64,000 nucleotides of DNA, taken from the sequence record NC_048674.1; one strand, written 5' to 3'. Numbering within the stretch: the first letter of the stretch is position 1; every line of letters starts with the position of its first letter. This document shows, in pieces, positions 16,313 through 25,627 of this stretch. The notes under the pieces were generated by a model. The model was given only the letters and a program-made list of their open reading frames with translations. It had not been told where the DNA came from and ran no database searches. Made by a program: the position numbers and the translations under genes.

Positions 16313-16435
16313 ATAGTTTCACTTGCAATCAAACTATAAAGTCTCTATAAGTATTTATATAGAAAATCTATAATTAGAAAGAGTGTGAGCGAAGCGAACA
16401 GGCGGCTACGCCGTCTCACTACGTTCGAGATCTAT
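16313..16435. repeat. Dispersed repeat, copy 1 (AT-rich tract plus GC hairpin cluster)
   Basis: Reverse complement matches 58523-58643 with about 4 mismatches and a 2-nt indel. Confidence 0.92.
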
Positions 16436-16442
16436 AGATATG

Positions 16443-16467
16443 AAAAAGCCACCCCGTAGGATGGCTT
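16443..16467 (-). terminator. Terminator after gp54
   Basis: aaaaagccaccccgtaggatggctt; near-identical copy at 59011-59036. Confidence 0.7.
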
Positions 16468-16471
16468 AGTA

Positions 16472-17413
16472 TTAACGAATGGCTTTCACAACGCCTGTAG
16501 TACGTCTTATGATACTCTCTATAGAGTCGATGGTGTTCTCTTCACCCTTAGTAGGAACATGCACTGTGGTTGATACAGCGAATGTGACGGTAAAGGTTGC
16601 TACCTGAGAATTGTTCTCAAAATCTAGTTGAACTTCACCTACCTCTATGGGAAAGCACCCTGTATTATGTACCGTGGATTGCTTAACTCCATGACGGTCT
16701 AACGTGATGACGTCAATATCCTTTGCATACGTATTATAAAATCCAAATTGTCCATTTCTTGGGTTGACAATTGTATTCTGCCATGTTAGCATCAAAGAAC
16801 GTTCCTCATAAGAAGGGGAACAGTAAAACGTCATACTCATGGTTCCGTAGTTTCTACCTCTAACTTCGTGTCTAGGTAGTTTGTCTGTACGGTTGATTGT
16901 CGTTTCCAAAGTAGAACTAGGAAGACCGACACTCTTTACCATTAATGCTAGATCTCTGTTTACATCGTAATCAGTTCCCAAAAATCCATCAAGGATCTCT
17001 CCTGCTCCCGGTATGATCCGGATCAAGGACGGGTCCCAAGCACCAAAAATCTTCTTCATGCTAGGCGTGAGGATTTTGTGTGCTTGTCCCAAAGCAATGT
17101 CCTGAACTCTATGCCAAGCATAACTTGTACCAGAGAAAAGACTATCATTGACGTCCATCCCGCTACTTGAATCAGGAAATATTGGTAAATCCCTATCAAA
17201 AACACCATCACTGAATATAGAGGTTCGGAAATCTCCGAACCTTACAATAAACATGTTTGGTCTAGCCAAATCGGTATTCTCAACTTTCCGCATAAACCTA
17301 GTTAGATCGGGGATCTCGCTTGCATCCCCACCATCGTTTAATAAATCTTCACCAAACCCGATAGTACTATCTATCATACTATCTATGGTTGGAATAGGTG
17401 GTATTAAGTTCAT
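16472..17413 (-). CDS. gp54: Baseplate-tail tube initiator gp54
   Basis: DLARPNMFIVRF and LMVKSVGLP gp19-like fold motifs; start at the TAATG overlap with gp2. Confidence 0.85.
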   Translation of the reverse strand: MNLIPPIPTIDSMIDSTIGFGEDLLNDGGDASEIPDLTRFMRKVENTDLARPNMFIVRFGDFRTSIFSDGVFDRDLPIFPDSSSGMDVNDSLFSGTSYAWHRVQDIALGQAHKILTPSMKKIFGAWDPSLIRIIPGAGEILDGFLGTDYDVNRDLALMVKSVGLPSSTLETTINRTDKLPRHEVRGRNYGTMSMTFYCSPSYEERSLMLTWQNTIVNPRNGQFGFYNTYAKDIDVITLDRHGVKQSTVHNTGCFPIEVGEVQLDFENNSQVATFTVTFAVSTTVHVPTKGEENTIDSIESIIRRTTGVVKAIR

Positions 17414-18411
17414 TAGTATGATCTCCAAACGGAATTCGTATTATAGGTCTTCGGAGGAACACCAGATACAAACCGCTGAGTCGGTAGATTAATGACAGAA
17501 CTCCAATCCTGCGGTTTAATCTCCATTAATGGACCCTTAATATGACCCGGCAAATACGCTTTGATCATATGGTCTGCACCTCTCATTCCCTTAACCTTAC
17601 CCCAGTTGATATTTAGGGATGTACGGTTGGTAATCCTCTCTGTTGTTGCATGTTTCAGCAACTCTTCCATAAATTCTTTACGGGCTTTGATCGGGATATA
17701 GTGAAGGTTGAGACCCAACATCAAACCTTTGTGTTTTGCACTTAGGCCAAGATATACGATCAGGGGGAATTTATCCCAGTATGGTAGTGTTGCCTTATGT
17801 TTTGCGTCGTATGCGAAAGTATACAATCGACCAGCAATTGGTCTTGTTACTTGGTGACCACGAACGTTTTTCTTTATGAAATTGTTAAACCATTCCGTTG
17901 ACTTCTTCTGAGACTTTACAGGCTCTTTTTCGTGTTGTCTTACTTTATTTCTAAAGTCAGCCAACAACATCTGATATTTTTCGGCTTTAGATAGTTTTCT
18001 TCCGCTTATTTTCGCATCTTTTAACTTCTTAGCCAGTAGAATATCTTGCTTGAATCTTCTGAATGCCCGTTCCGTGGTTTCTTTATTAAGTCCACGTCCT
18101 TCAATATAATTTTTTAGAGTAATGCTACTCTTTTCTTTTTGTGTCAAATAATCAACACCAAGCTCAATCCATTGTTGTTTATTCTTGTTTGGGTTTACCA
18201 GAGAATAATAAGTCTTTATTTCTTCTCTGTGTCTGCGCATAGCTCTACTGAATGTTTCATAATTCAACCCTTTTTCCTCTGCATATTTCTTTGCAGTAAG
18301 ACTTGGGTTCTTTTTCTTGGCGTTCATATAATCAACACCAACATCAATCCATTGTTTTCTATTGCGTTTTTCTGTTGTGGACTCTGCACGTTCAGTTATT
18401 TCGAATATCAT
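17413..18411 (-). CDS. gp2: DNA end protector gp2 with duplicated N-terminal domain
   Basis: YTFAYDAKHKATLPYWDKFPLIVYLG, GLNLHYIP. Confidence 0.96.
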   Translation of the reverse strand: MIFEITERAESTTEKRNRKQWIDVGVDYMNAKKKNPSLTAKKYAEEKGLNYETFSRAMRRHREEIKTYYSLVNPNKNKQQWIELGVDYLTQKEKSSITLKNYIEGRGLNKETTERAFRRFKQDILLAKKLKDAKISGRKLSKAEKYQMLLADFRNKVRQHEKEPVKSQKKSTEWFNNFIKKNVRGHQVTRPIAGRLYTFAYDAKHKATLPYWDKFPLIVYLGLSAKHKGLMLGLNLHYIPIKARKEFMEELLKHATTERITNRTSLNINWGKVKGMRGADHMIKAYLPGHIKGPLMEIKPQDWSSVINLPTQRFVSGVPPKTYNTNSVWRSY

Positions 18412-18878
18412 TTAGTAAGTCCTTTGAAACCCATTGCTCTCAATGAGTCCTCATTAATTATATTAAATCTCCACCCTTTTTTCTTGCATAATTCAGCGGT
18501 GGTTTTCCATTTGTCGTTATTGACTTGCCATGTATACACAGCTTGAATATAAGCATTTTTTGCTTTTAATGTATTTCTTTTTGGTGGTACTGGTGGAAAG
18601 CATTCTTTTTTAGGCTTAACTTCCCAGAGAGAAATAGAACCGTCGGACCACTGTATCCACATATCCATAAAATAACGTCGTTTCTTTCCATCTGCATTAG
18701 AAAAATACGGAATGACCATACATTCGCTGTTCCAATATCTAACGTCTGGATTATTATCCAACATCTCCATTATATACTTTTCCCACGAACTACGGTAGGT
18801 AACCTTTTTTGGGTCTCCTTTATATTTTTCTCTATTCTTTACAAAGTATTGACCTTTGTATGTATTATTTCCGGCCAT
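18408..18878 (-). CDS. gp4: Head completion nuclease gp4
   Basis: KYKGDPKKVTYRSSWE, RRYFMD, EVKP. Confidence 0.96.
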   Translation of the reverse strand: MAGNNTYKGQYFVKNREKYKGDPKKVTYRSSWEKYIMEMLDNNPDVRYWNSECMVIPYFSNADGKKRRYFMDMWIQWSDGSISLWEVKPKKECFPPVPPKRNTLKAKNAYIQAVYTWQVNNDKWKTTAELCKKKGWRFNIINEDSLRAMGFKGLTK

Positions 18879-18899
18879 AATAAATTCTCCTATTTGTTT

Positions 18900-18922
18900 T
18901 ATTTAGGGTTTGCCCCTAAATA
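18900..18922. promoter_or_regulatory. Back-to-back divergent late promoters for gp4 and gp48
   Basis: tatttaggg-tttgc-ccctaaata. Confidence 0.8.
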
Positions 18923-18947
18923 CAAGTAAACAACATGAGGTTTAAAA

Positions 18948-20006
18948 ATGAAAGTTAATATTCTCAATGGGGTTAATAGAGCTACTGGTGGTAGTTTCAA
19001 CCCACTCACTGACACTAAGTCAGAGGGAACTGATCTTATTATAGAAAATAAAAACTCTAAGAAACCCGGTATAAAGGCTTTACAGTACCCATTAACCATG
19101 AAGGGTAGTGACAACAAACACTCTTCCTATTTAGTTTTCTATGCTGTGAAACCAACAAATGGGGGGCTTAAAAACAGTGATATCCACGAACGTTCTATGA
19201 GGTCTGTTAAGGGTAAATTCAACGAAGAAACCCTAGCCGTTATTCAGCTATATATGCCAAACATGAACGAAAACATTAGCCATAATTATGAAGATAACGA
19301 TGGTGGATTCCTTCAAGATATAGTTATGAACTACCAAGCCAACGCATCAGAAAGAGATGGAACATTAGATAGCATTGCAAACGGTGGTAAAGCCGTTGTA
19401 AACGCAATGGCACAAAAGGTTATCGTCTCCACTGGTGGTATTGCACAGCGATATAATTCTCAGGTAACTGGTAATTTGCTTGGTGATCGAGCCGCCCAAA
19501 TGTATCGTGGTACTGGTGTACGTTCCCAAACATTTATATTTCAATTCCGACCGAGGTCTATGGCAGAATTAAAAGAGGTTGGACAAATAATTAAAACTTT
19601 TATGGTTCTTAGTGCTGCCGAAAACAAAGGGGCTGTAGATCTTGCTTCTCTTGGAATTGGTACTGATTCAGAACTTGGTGCGGGTGAAGGGTATACTTAT
19701 CTCGAAGTACCACCTTTGTGGTTTATAGAAGAAAGGGTAAGTCAAAGTCAAGAACAGAAGATTAGATTTACACCTAAATTCGCAATGGGTCCAGCCGGTA
19801 TTAGTAATATCCGGATCAACAAAACCCCAGACCAAATATATGATACATTCGCGTCAACGGCTGCGGATTCCGTCGCAATAGATCTAGAAATAACTGTTAC
19901 AGAACTTCGTCCGGTTTATCGCGATTACTGGGAAGCTCTTACATCAGATTTGGGTAATCCTGATTCTGGTGAATTCTTCTTCGGTTCGTATGGAGGTAAG
20001 AGATAA
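18948..20006 (+). CDS. gp48: Baseplate tail tube cap gp48
   Basis: RSQTFIFQFRPRSMAELKEVGQII...PPLWFI. Confidence 0.88.
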   Translation: MKVNILNGVNRATGGSFNPLTDTKSEGTDLIIENKNSKKPGIKALQYPLTMKGSDNKHSSYLVFYAVKPTNGGLKNSDIHERSMRSVKGKFNEETLAVIQLYMPNMNENISHNYEDNDGGFLQDIVMNYQANASERDGTLDSIANGGKAVVNAMAQKVIVSTGGIAQRYNSQVTGNLLGDRAAQMYRGTGVRSQTFIFQFRPRSMAELKEVGQIIKTFMVLSAAENKGAVDLASLGIGTDSELGAGEGYTYLEVPPLWFIEERVSQSQEQKIRFTPKFAMGPAGISNIRINKTPDQIYDTFASTAADSVAIDLEITVTELRPVYRDYWEALTSDLGNPDSGEFFFGSYGGKR

Positions 20007-20572
20007 TGCTATTTAACTATTTCCCCCCTATAAAATATAATGGGGCTCAAACTGCTGATATATTTCGTCCACATGGAAACTATTTTGATGATATTTTAAG
20101 CAAATTCATTGTAAGAAAATATATCGTCTCTGGTTCTCCTAGACCAGAAGTTGTTTCCTACGATTTATATGGGGATACGAAATATTATTGGATCCTACTA
20201 TTTCTTAACCAAGTATACGATCCTTTTTATGATTGGATATGTGAAGAAGAAATAGTTCATCAATATACAGCGCAAAAATATAAAAACCTACCAGCAAAAG
20301 AGGGAACTGTTTTATATCATATTGATGAAAATGGTGAGATGTATTTTCGTATGAAAGAATATCCGGTTGGTTCTGGTGTTTGGTATGATGAAGGGGATAC
20401 CGCTCATCTATATAAACAGTATGTCGGGACTTTAGTCCCTGTTACTGCCATAGAACATGAATTAGCAACCAACGAATCCAAGAGAACCATAAACGTTTTA
20501 AATCCGTCAGATTTGGGTAGGTTTATGGATGAATACACAAGATTAATGGAGCGTATCCGTGGGAATAAGTAG
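20006..20572 (+). CDS. gp53: Baseplate wedge gp53 (LysM-like)
   Basis: RPEVVSYDLYGDTKYYWILLFLNQVYDPFYDW. Confidence 0.95.
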   Translation: MLFNYFPPIKYNGAQTADIFRPHGNYFDDILSKFIVRKYIVSGSPRPEVVSYDLYGDTKYYWILLFLNQVYDPFYDWICEEEIVHQYTAQKYKNLPAKEGTVLYHIDENGEMYFRMKEYPVGSGVWYDEGDTAHLYKQYVGTLVPVTAIEHELATNESKRTINVLNPSDLGRFMDEYTRLMERIRGNK

Positions 20573-21797
20573 ACGCAGTACGGCGGCGTATGAAAACTTT
20601 ACCATTGAGCGTATTGTTTTCTTTCAAAGCTTGGATAGTGAAGGGTTTGATATAACTGATATATTCAAATCCTTCTCCATATATGAAGGGATTAGTCAAG
20701 GGTTGCTGAAAGGCACCCTTGAATTTGTTGATTTCATGAATTTAATAAACTCAATTAATCCAAGAGGTGATGAGAAGGTACAAATAAGTTTTAGATCCGT
20801 ACATTTAAACGGGGTGGATGCAAAAACGTATTCTAAAATATTCAAAGTTACTCGTTACGAAGATATTACAAACCCAAATACACAAACTCAAAAGTTTGTA
20901 AGACTTCATCTTGTATCCGAACAAGATCACAAGAATGAATATAGTCGGATCAGTAAAAGTTATAAAGGGACATCCATTCATGCAATCGTTTCTGATATGC
21001 TCCGGGTGATTGGGTTCACTGACGAAACCATATTTGTCGAACCAACGCTTTATAACCGGGATATTGTAATCCCAAATTTAACACCGATATCAGTTATTAA
21101 TTTCTTAGCTTCTTCTGCACAATCATCGGATGTTAATTCAAAGGGTGATAGTAATTTCTACTTTTATGAGGATGTAGATGGAGCCAAATTCAGAACTGGT
21201 ACATCCATGATGGTTGGAGACCCGGTTGTTGACCTGATATTTGAAGCAACCCACGACACTACAATGTATAACAAGATAATCAAGATGCAGCGTGTTAAGG
21301 GATACAACATACCAGAACAATATAGGAATGGTGGTTTAGGCGTTAACGTTCATTCGATGTCTTTGGATAAAAAGCTTTATACAAATAATTATCAGGACTA
21401 TACGTCTGTAAAAGATGTATATCCAACACTAAACCCAGAACCGTGGTTTGGTGGTGATATAAAACCAGAAAGAAATGCATGTGTTTATTTCACAACAGAA
21501 GACCAGATGTATAAGTATATCAATATGGGTTCAAATGGTAACTCTCTTGGTATAAGAGCAACAAACCGAACATCACTAAACGCAAAAAGAATGCTTATTC
21601 AAGTTGCCGGTAATTCGGACCTGAGTTGTGGTCAGGTGGTAAATATTATTGCTGGTGATATGAATGGTGAAATGACATCAAAAGATGCAGGGCGCTGGCT
21701 TATCAACTCAATAAATCATGTCTGTACACAGGGCTCTTATATCATGAACTTAGAATTGATATCTGATTCCGATACTAGAGGGAAGGATATACAATGA
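20559..21797 (+). CDS. gp27: Baseplate hub gp27
   Basis: 412 aa, FYFYEDVDG, GRWLINSINH; directly precedes gp5. Confidence 0.85.
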   Translation: MGISRRSTAAYENFTIERIVFFQSLDSEGFDITDIFKSFSIYEGISQGLLKGTLEFVDFMNLINSINPRGDEKVQISFRSVHLNGVDAKTYSKIFKVTRYEDITNPNTQTQKFVRLHLVSEQDHKNEYSRISKSYKGTSIHAIVSDMLRVIGFTDETIFVEPTLYNRDIVIPNLTPISVINFLASSAQSSDVNSKGDSNFYFYEDVDGAKFRTGTSMMVGDPVVDLIFEATHDTTMYNKIIKMQRVKGYNIPEQYRNGGLGVNVHSMSLDKKLYTNNYQDYTSVKDVYPTLNPEPWFGGDIKPERNACVYFTTEDQMYKYINMGSNGNSLGIRATNRTSLNAKRMLIQVAGNSDLSCGQVVNIIAGDMNGEMTSKDAGRWLINSINHVCTQGSYIMNLELISDSDTRGKDIQ

Positions 21798-23632
21798 AAT
21801 TTGAATTCTTTTTTGGCGTTGTAGAGGATCGGTTTGATCCTCTTAATCAAGGTAGATATAGAGTTCGTGTGATGGGATATCATACTGATCAAAAATCAAA
21901 AGATGATTTGATTGGTATACCTACTGATGAACTTCTTTGGATGCGCTGTGCCACGTCAACGGATTCAGCCTCTATATCTGGTGTGGGAAATAGTCCAACA
22001 AACCTAGTAGAGGGTGTGTGGGTTATGGGGGTTTTCAAGGATGAATTTAAACAGGATGGTTTAATACTTTTTTCTATCCCCGGATCTTATGTCCAAAAAC
22101 CAAATACTCTACGGGGATTCTGTGACCCAACAGGTCAATACCCTCGTTATATTGGTAACGACGTTAATATATTAGCCGGTGGTGGACAAAAAGGGGCTGG
22201 TATTCATGGAACTGCCCCGGTGTCTATTGATGGAAAGCCGTTATCGGTTTATACTCAGGATGAAAATACTTCTGGTGCATTAGCCCCTGATGACAAATCA
22301 TTTGACGATGCAATCGCAGATGACGATCCGGATTTCACAATTGAAAAAATGTTGAAGGGGGACGAAGGGGTTAGGAACAAATGGTATCTCGATTCTCTTG
22401 GATATCCAACCATAGGTATTGGTCATCTAATCATACATGAGAATACACGAAACGTAGCCCGTATAGATGCGATTCTAACCCAACAGTTGGGTCATCCTGT
22501 ACAAGGGGGTGTGATCTCCCCAGAAGACGTTACAAAGCTGTTTAACGAGGATATCCAAAAGACTCGTGCTGATATGATGAGATTCGAAAATATACGTCGT
22601 GTCTACGTCAAAGAAAATAGAAGTCGTCAAATGGCTTTAGAAAATATGGCGTTTCAGATGGGGGCTGGCGGATTAGCGAAATTCAAAAATACACTAAACG
22701 CTATGTATGAAGAACGTTGGCGAGATGCATATAATGGTATGCTCGACTCTCTTTGGGCTAGACAAACTCCGGGTCGAGCGAATCGGGTTGCCAAGATTAT
22801 TTTAACCGGAAACCTAGAGTCTTATGGAGTAAAACCAAAACCAGAGGAACCGCCTATTATCCCAATATCTGGGAGAATGAAGCGTTCTATTATGGCATTG
22901 TCCTCTCCGGTTGTTTTTGCTGACGAAGTAGACCCAGATGATCCGTCCGTTCCACCACCACCTCGTACTGATGGTCTTCTTTTCGAAGAACCACCTAGCG
23001 CATATGCTGCTGAATACCCATATAACCATGTATATGAATCGGAGAGTGGTCATATTCAGGAATTTGATGATACTCCGGGGAAAGAACGATATAACCTGAA
23101 ACATACATCAGGGACGTATATTGAGATTTCTGGTGGTGGTCGTCAAGTAAACAAAGTTATGGGTGATGACTATGTTATCGATATGGCAAACCGGATGATC
23201 AACGTAAAGGGTGATTATCAGGTAGTTGTTGAAGGTAACGCGACTGTATACGTTATGGGTAACTGTACCCAGCAAGTTGATGGAAACTTGACTCAGGTTG
23301 TCAAAGGAAACGTATCTGAATCGGTTTATGGTAACGTTGAACAGTCGGTGAAGGGGAACGTTAAGCAAACTGTTAACGGTGGCTTAGAATCGCGTATAGA
23401 CGCTGATGTGACCCTATCTGTCGGTGGTAGTGTTGTTAGTGATATAGAAGGGAATTTAACTGCAACAGTTCAAGGTAATTGCAACGAGAACGTAGAAGGT
23501 GATATGAACCTTAATGTTTTTGGTGATTATACAGTTACTGTATCTGGTGACTATAAATCGCAAGCTGCTCAATCTCTTATTACCTCTCAAGGTACGACCG
23601 AGATTAGTGGTTCTACTGTTAGTATTAACTAA
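21794..23632 (+). CDS. gp5: Baseplate spike and tail lysozyme gp5
   Basis: OB-fold FFGVVEDRFDP, lysozyme DEG...YPTIGIGH, beta-helix V-x-G-N repeats. Confidence 0.98.
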   Translation: MKFEFFFGVVEDRFDPLNQGRYRVRVMGYHTDQKSKDDLIGIPTDELLWMRCATSTDSASISGVGNSPTNLVEGVWVMGVFKDEFKQDGLILFSIPGSYVQKPNTLRGFCDPTGQYPRYIGNDVNILAGGGQKGAGIHGTAPVSIDGKPLSVYTQDENTSGALAPDDKSFDDAIADDDPDFTIEKMLKGDEGVRNKWYLDSLGYPTIGIGHLIIHENTRNVARIDAILTQQLGHPVQGGVISPEDVTKLFNEDIQKTRADMMRFENIRRVYVKENRSRQMALENMAFQMGAGGLAKFKNTLNAMYEERWRDAYNGMLDSLWARQTPGRANRVAKIILTGNLESYGVKPKPEEPPIIPISGRMKRSIMALSSPVVFADEVDPDDPSVPPPPRTDGLLFEEPPSAYAAEYPYNHVYESESGHIQEFDDTPGKERYNLKHTSGTYIEISGGGRQVNKVMGDDYVIDMANRMINVKGDYQVVVEGNATVYVMGNCTQQVDGNLTQVVKGNVSESVYGNVEQSVKGNVKQTVNGGLESRIDADVTLSVGGSVVSDIEGNLTATVQGNCNENVEGDMNLNVFGDYTVTVSGDYKSQAAQSLITSQGTTEISGSTVSIN

Positions 23633-23634
23633 CG

Positions 23635-23663
23635 AAAAGGGATCCCAAATCGGGATCCCTTTT
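23635..23663. terminator. Bidirectional terminator after gp5
   Basis: aaaagggatccc-aaatc-gggatccctttt. Confidence 0.88.
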
Positions 23664-23666
23664 GTT

Positions 23667-23942
23667 TTAGATGTCGTCTGCACTTCGTTTGATATATTCT
23701 TGGAGTGCTTCTTTTTCAAGTCCCCACACAAAAGATAGAGTGCCGCCACCTACATCAATTTCAAATGGACAGAAATCCCAATAAATGGTTTCTTTCATCT
23801 TTACTTCCATCAGAAGTTCTTCGTCTTCAACTTTATCAAAGTTCTTTTCGATAAAGTTTTTTAGTTCTCGACGAACTCGAAAATTATGAACCTGATTTTC
23901 TTTAAAACCAGCAAAATTAGTTCCTACATAAATTAGTTTCAT
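23667..23942 (-). CDS. Hypothetical protein (opposite strand)
   Basis: 91-aa ORF with AAGGA RBS. Confidence 0.7.
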   Translation of the reverse strand: MKLIYVGTNFAGFKENQVHNFRVRRELKNFIEKNFDKVEDEELLMEVKMKETIYWDFCPFEIDVGGGTLSFVWGLEKEALQEYIKRSADDI

Positions 23943-23953
23943 ATTTATTTTCC

Positions 23954-24319
23954 TTATAGAGATTCCAACATCTCGTCAATTCGATGTACTTGCTTCATCA
24001 ATTCTTTGCGCAAAACCAATAAATCATTTTTGGTTTTGTTTACCTTCGGAGGTTCGTACGATTCCACTTCATCTGGTTCCGCGATCATAAGGTATTCTTT
24101 CATCTCTTTCGAAGTAAAGATTGGGCTGAATTCATTTAGATTTTCATATCCTTCTATTTTATAGATTTCATCTTCCTGTTTTTCATCGACAAAAAAGATA
24201 TCCATACCAAGTGTTTCCACTATGATGCGATTATTTTCCTCGTTGTCATCTTTTTCTCCAAACTGGATAAATTTTTCCATTGCTTCTTCGTTTTTGAATT
24301 TAAATTTATTATACATCAT
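23954..24319 (-). CDS. Hypothetical acidic protein (opposite strand)
   Basis: 121-aa ORF. Confidence 0.7.
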   Translation of the reverse strand: MMYNKFKFKNEEAMEKFIQFGEKDDNEENNRIIVETLGMDIFFVDEKQEDEIYKIEGYENLNEFSPIFTSKEMKEYLMIAEPDEVESYEPPKVNKTKNDLLVLRKELMKQVHRIDEMLESL

Positions 24320-24378
24320 ATTATACCCTATATTTTATATGAACAACCCCTAAATACTCCATAATGGAGGATTTTTAT

Positions 24379-24891
24379 ATGGCACAAATTAACACACCTA
24401 CCAACTGGAAGTCAACCATTTTTGATGGAGAAACTTCTGTGGATAGCTTGTTTAGCTATACACTAACCGCATCTGAACAACTGGTGAGTTTTACGGTGGT
24501 TCCATCAGAAGACCTATCACCAGATGGAATTTTTCTTGATGGTAACAGATTGCATGGGAAAGTCAATGACTATTTTGATGGGAAAGTAGATTTGGTTCTA
24601 AAGTATAGAGATAGGACATCTCTACAGATATCACAAACAAATTCGTTCGCTTCTTTACCAGAACCAACTACTTGTGACCTCATAGCATTTAATCCACCAA
24701 GCGAATTAAAAAAGGTTGTTACTTATACACAGACATTGGTTTATGACGATATTACTGACCCCACACTACCAATTAGAAAAACAGTTAGGGATTCTATAAA
24801 TATGACTATCATAGGTTCTTTTGATGGTTGGGTTGTAAAATTTAGAGCGTATGTATCTTCGTCTGGGCCTTTTCCAAAATTGGGGATATGA
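24379..24891 (+). CDS. gp5.1: gp5.1-like protein
   Basis: NRLHG...LKYR...LP...TYTQTLVYD...RKT...IGSF..W resembles T4 5.1; GGAGG RBS; late promoter 24350-24356. Confidence 0.8.
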   Translation: MAQINTPTNWKSTIFDGETSVDSLFSYTLTASEQLVSFTVVPSEDLSPDGIFLDGNRLHGKVNDYFDGKVDLVLKYRDRTSLQISQTNSFASLPEPTTCDLIAFNPPSELKKVVTYTQTLVYDDITDPTLPIRKTVRDSINMTIIGSFDGWVVKFRAYVSSSGPFPKLGI

Positions 24892-25190
24892 AAATGGCAG
24901 GTTTAGTATTAAATGGCGCAAAAACTGTTGGGCCGGGGCCTTGGTTACCAAGTCAGGTTATTGGAACCACAACTACGGTTTTTGCTAACGGAAAACAAAT
25001 TCTAGTTAGAGAAGATGATAGGGTGATTACTCACATAAAGCCCGGTGATGACCCAAGTCCGAAGTCTGGACTTGTTATCGCCAGTAGCGCGAAAGTATTC
25101 ATCGAAGGGAAACGGGTTGCGCAATTAGCAGATCTTTGTACAGAAGGGGAAGTTATTGTGGAATGTTCATCTAATGTATTTGTTGTTTGA
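24888..25190 (+). CDS. gp5.4: PAAR-like spike tip protein gp5.4
   Basis: VFANGKQI..TH..SSAKVFIEGKRVAQLAD.C....SSNVFV. Confidence 0.9.
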   Translation: MKMAGLVLNGAKTVGPGPWLPSQVIGTTTTVFANGKQILVREDDRVITHIKPGDDPSPKSGLVIASSAKVFIEGKRVAQLADLCTEGEVIVECSSNVFVV

Positions 25191-25198
25191 GGTTTATT

Positions 25199-25627
25199 AT
25201 GGCTGGATTTTTTGGAAACAGATTAAAAATTATCACCAACGAGAAAACTGTCTATTATACAGATATAGACCCTAATTTTCGTCGTGATATAAAGACAAAC
25301 GATGTTCTTATGACACAGAACATCGGTGCTGTGCAATTGTCAATGGCTGGTATTATAGCAACTAGGAAGCGTGAAAAACCGTTTGATCCTGATTTCGGCT
25401 GTGATATTAGTGCAGAACTATTTGAATTAATGAATGATGCGTCAACTAGTGCGGTTGAACGAAGTATATATGATGCAATAAGAAACTATGAACCTCGTGT
25501 AAAATTGAGGCAGGTACAAGTCGTTCCTTTATACGACAGAAACGAATATATAGTTTCTATTTATTATTCTCTTATCACAAATTTATCAACTGTTGTTGAA
25601 CTAAAAATGGAACTATCAAATGGCTAA
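25199..25627 (+). CDS. gp25: Baseplate wedge gp25
   Basis: YTDIDP, REKPFDPDFGC, IRNYEPRV. Confidence 0.95.
   Translation: MAGFFGNRLKIITNEKTVYYTDIDPNFRRDIKTNDVLMTQNIGAVQLSMAGIIATRKREKPFDPDFGCDISAELFELMNDASTSAVERSIYDAIRNYEPRVKLRQVQVVPLYDRNEYIVSIYYSLITNLSTVVELKMELSNG

Noticed and set aside
22980-23632. Repetitive gp5 C-terminus as a diversity-generating repeat
   Set aside because: It is the standard V-x-G-x-x-x-x-x beta-helix of gp5
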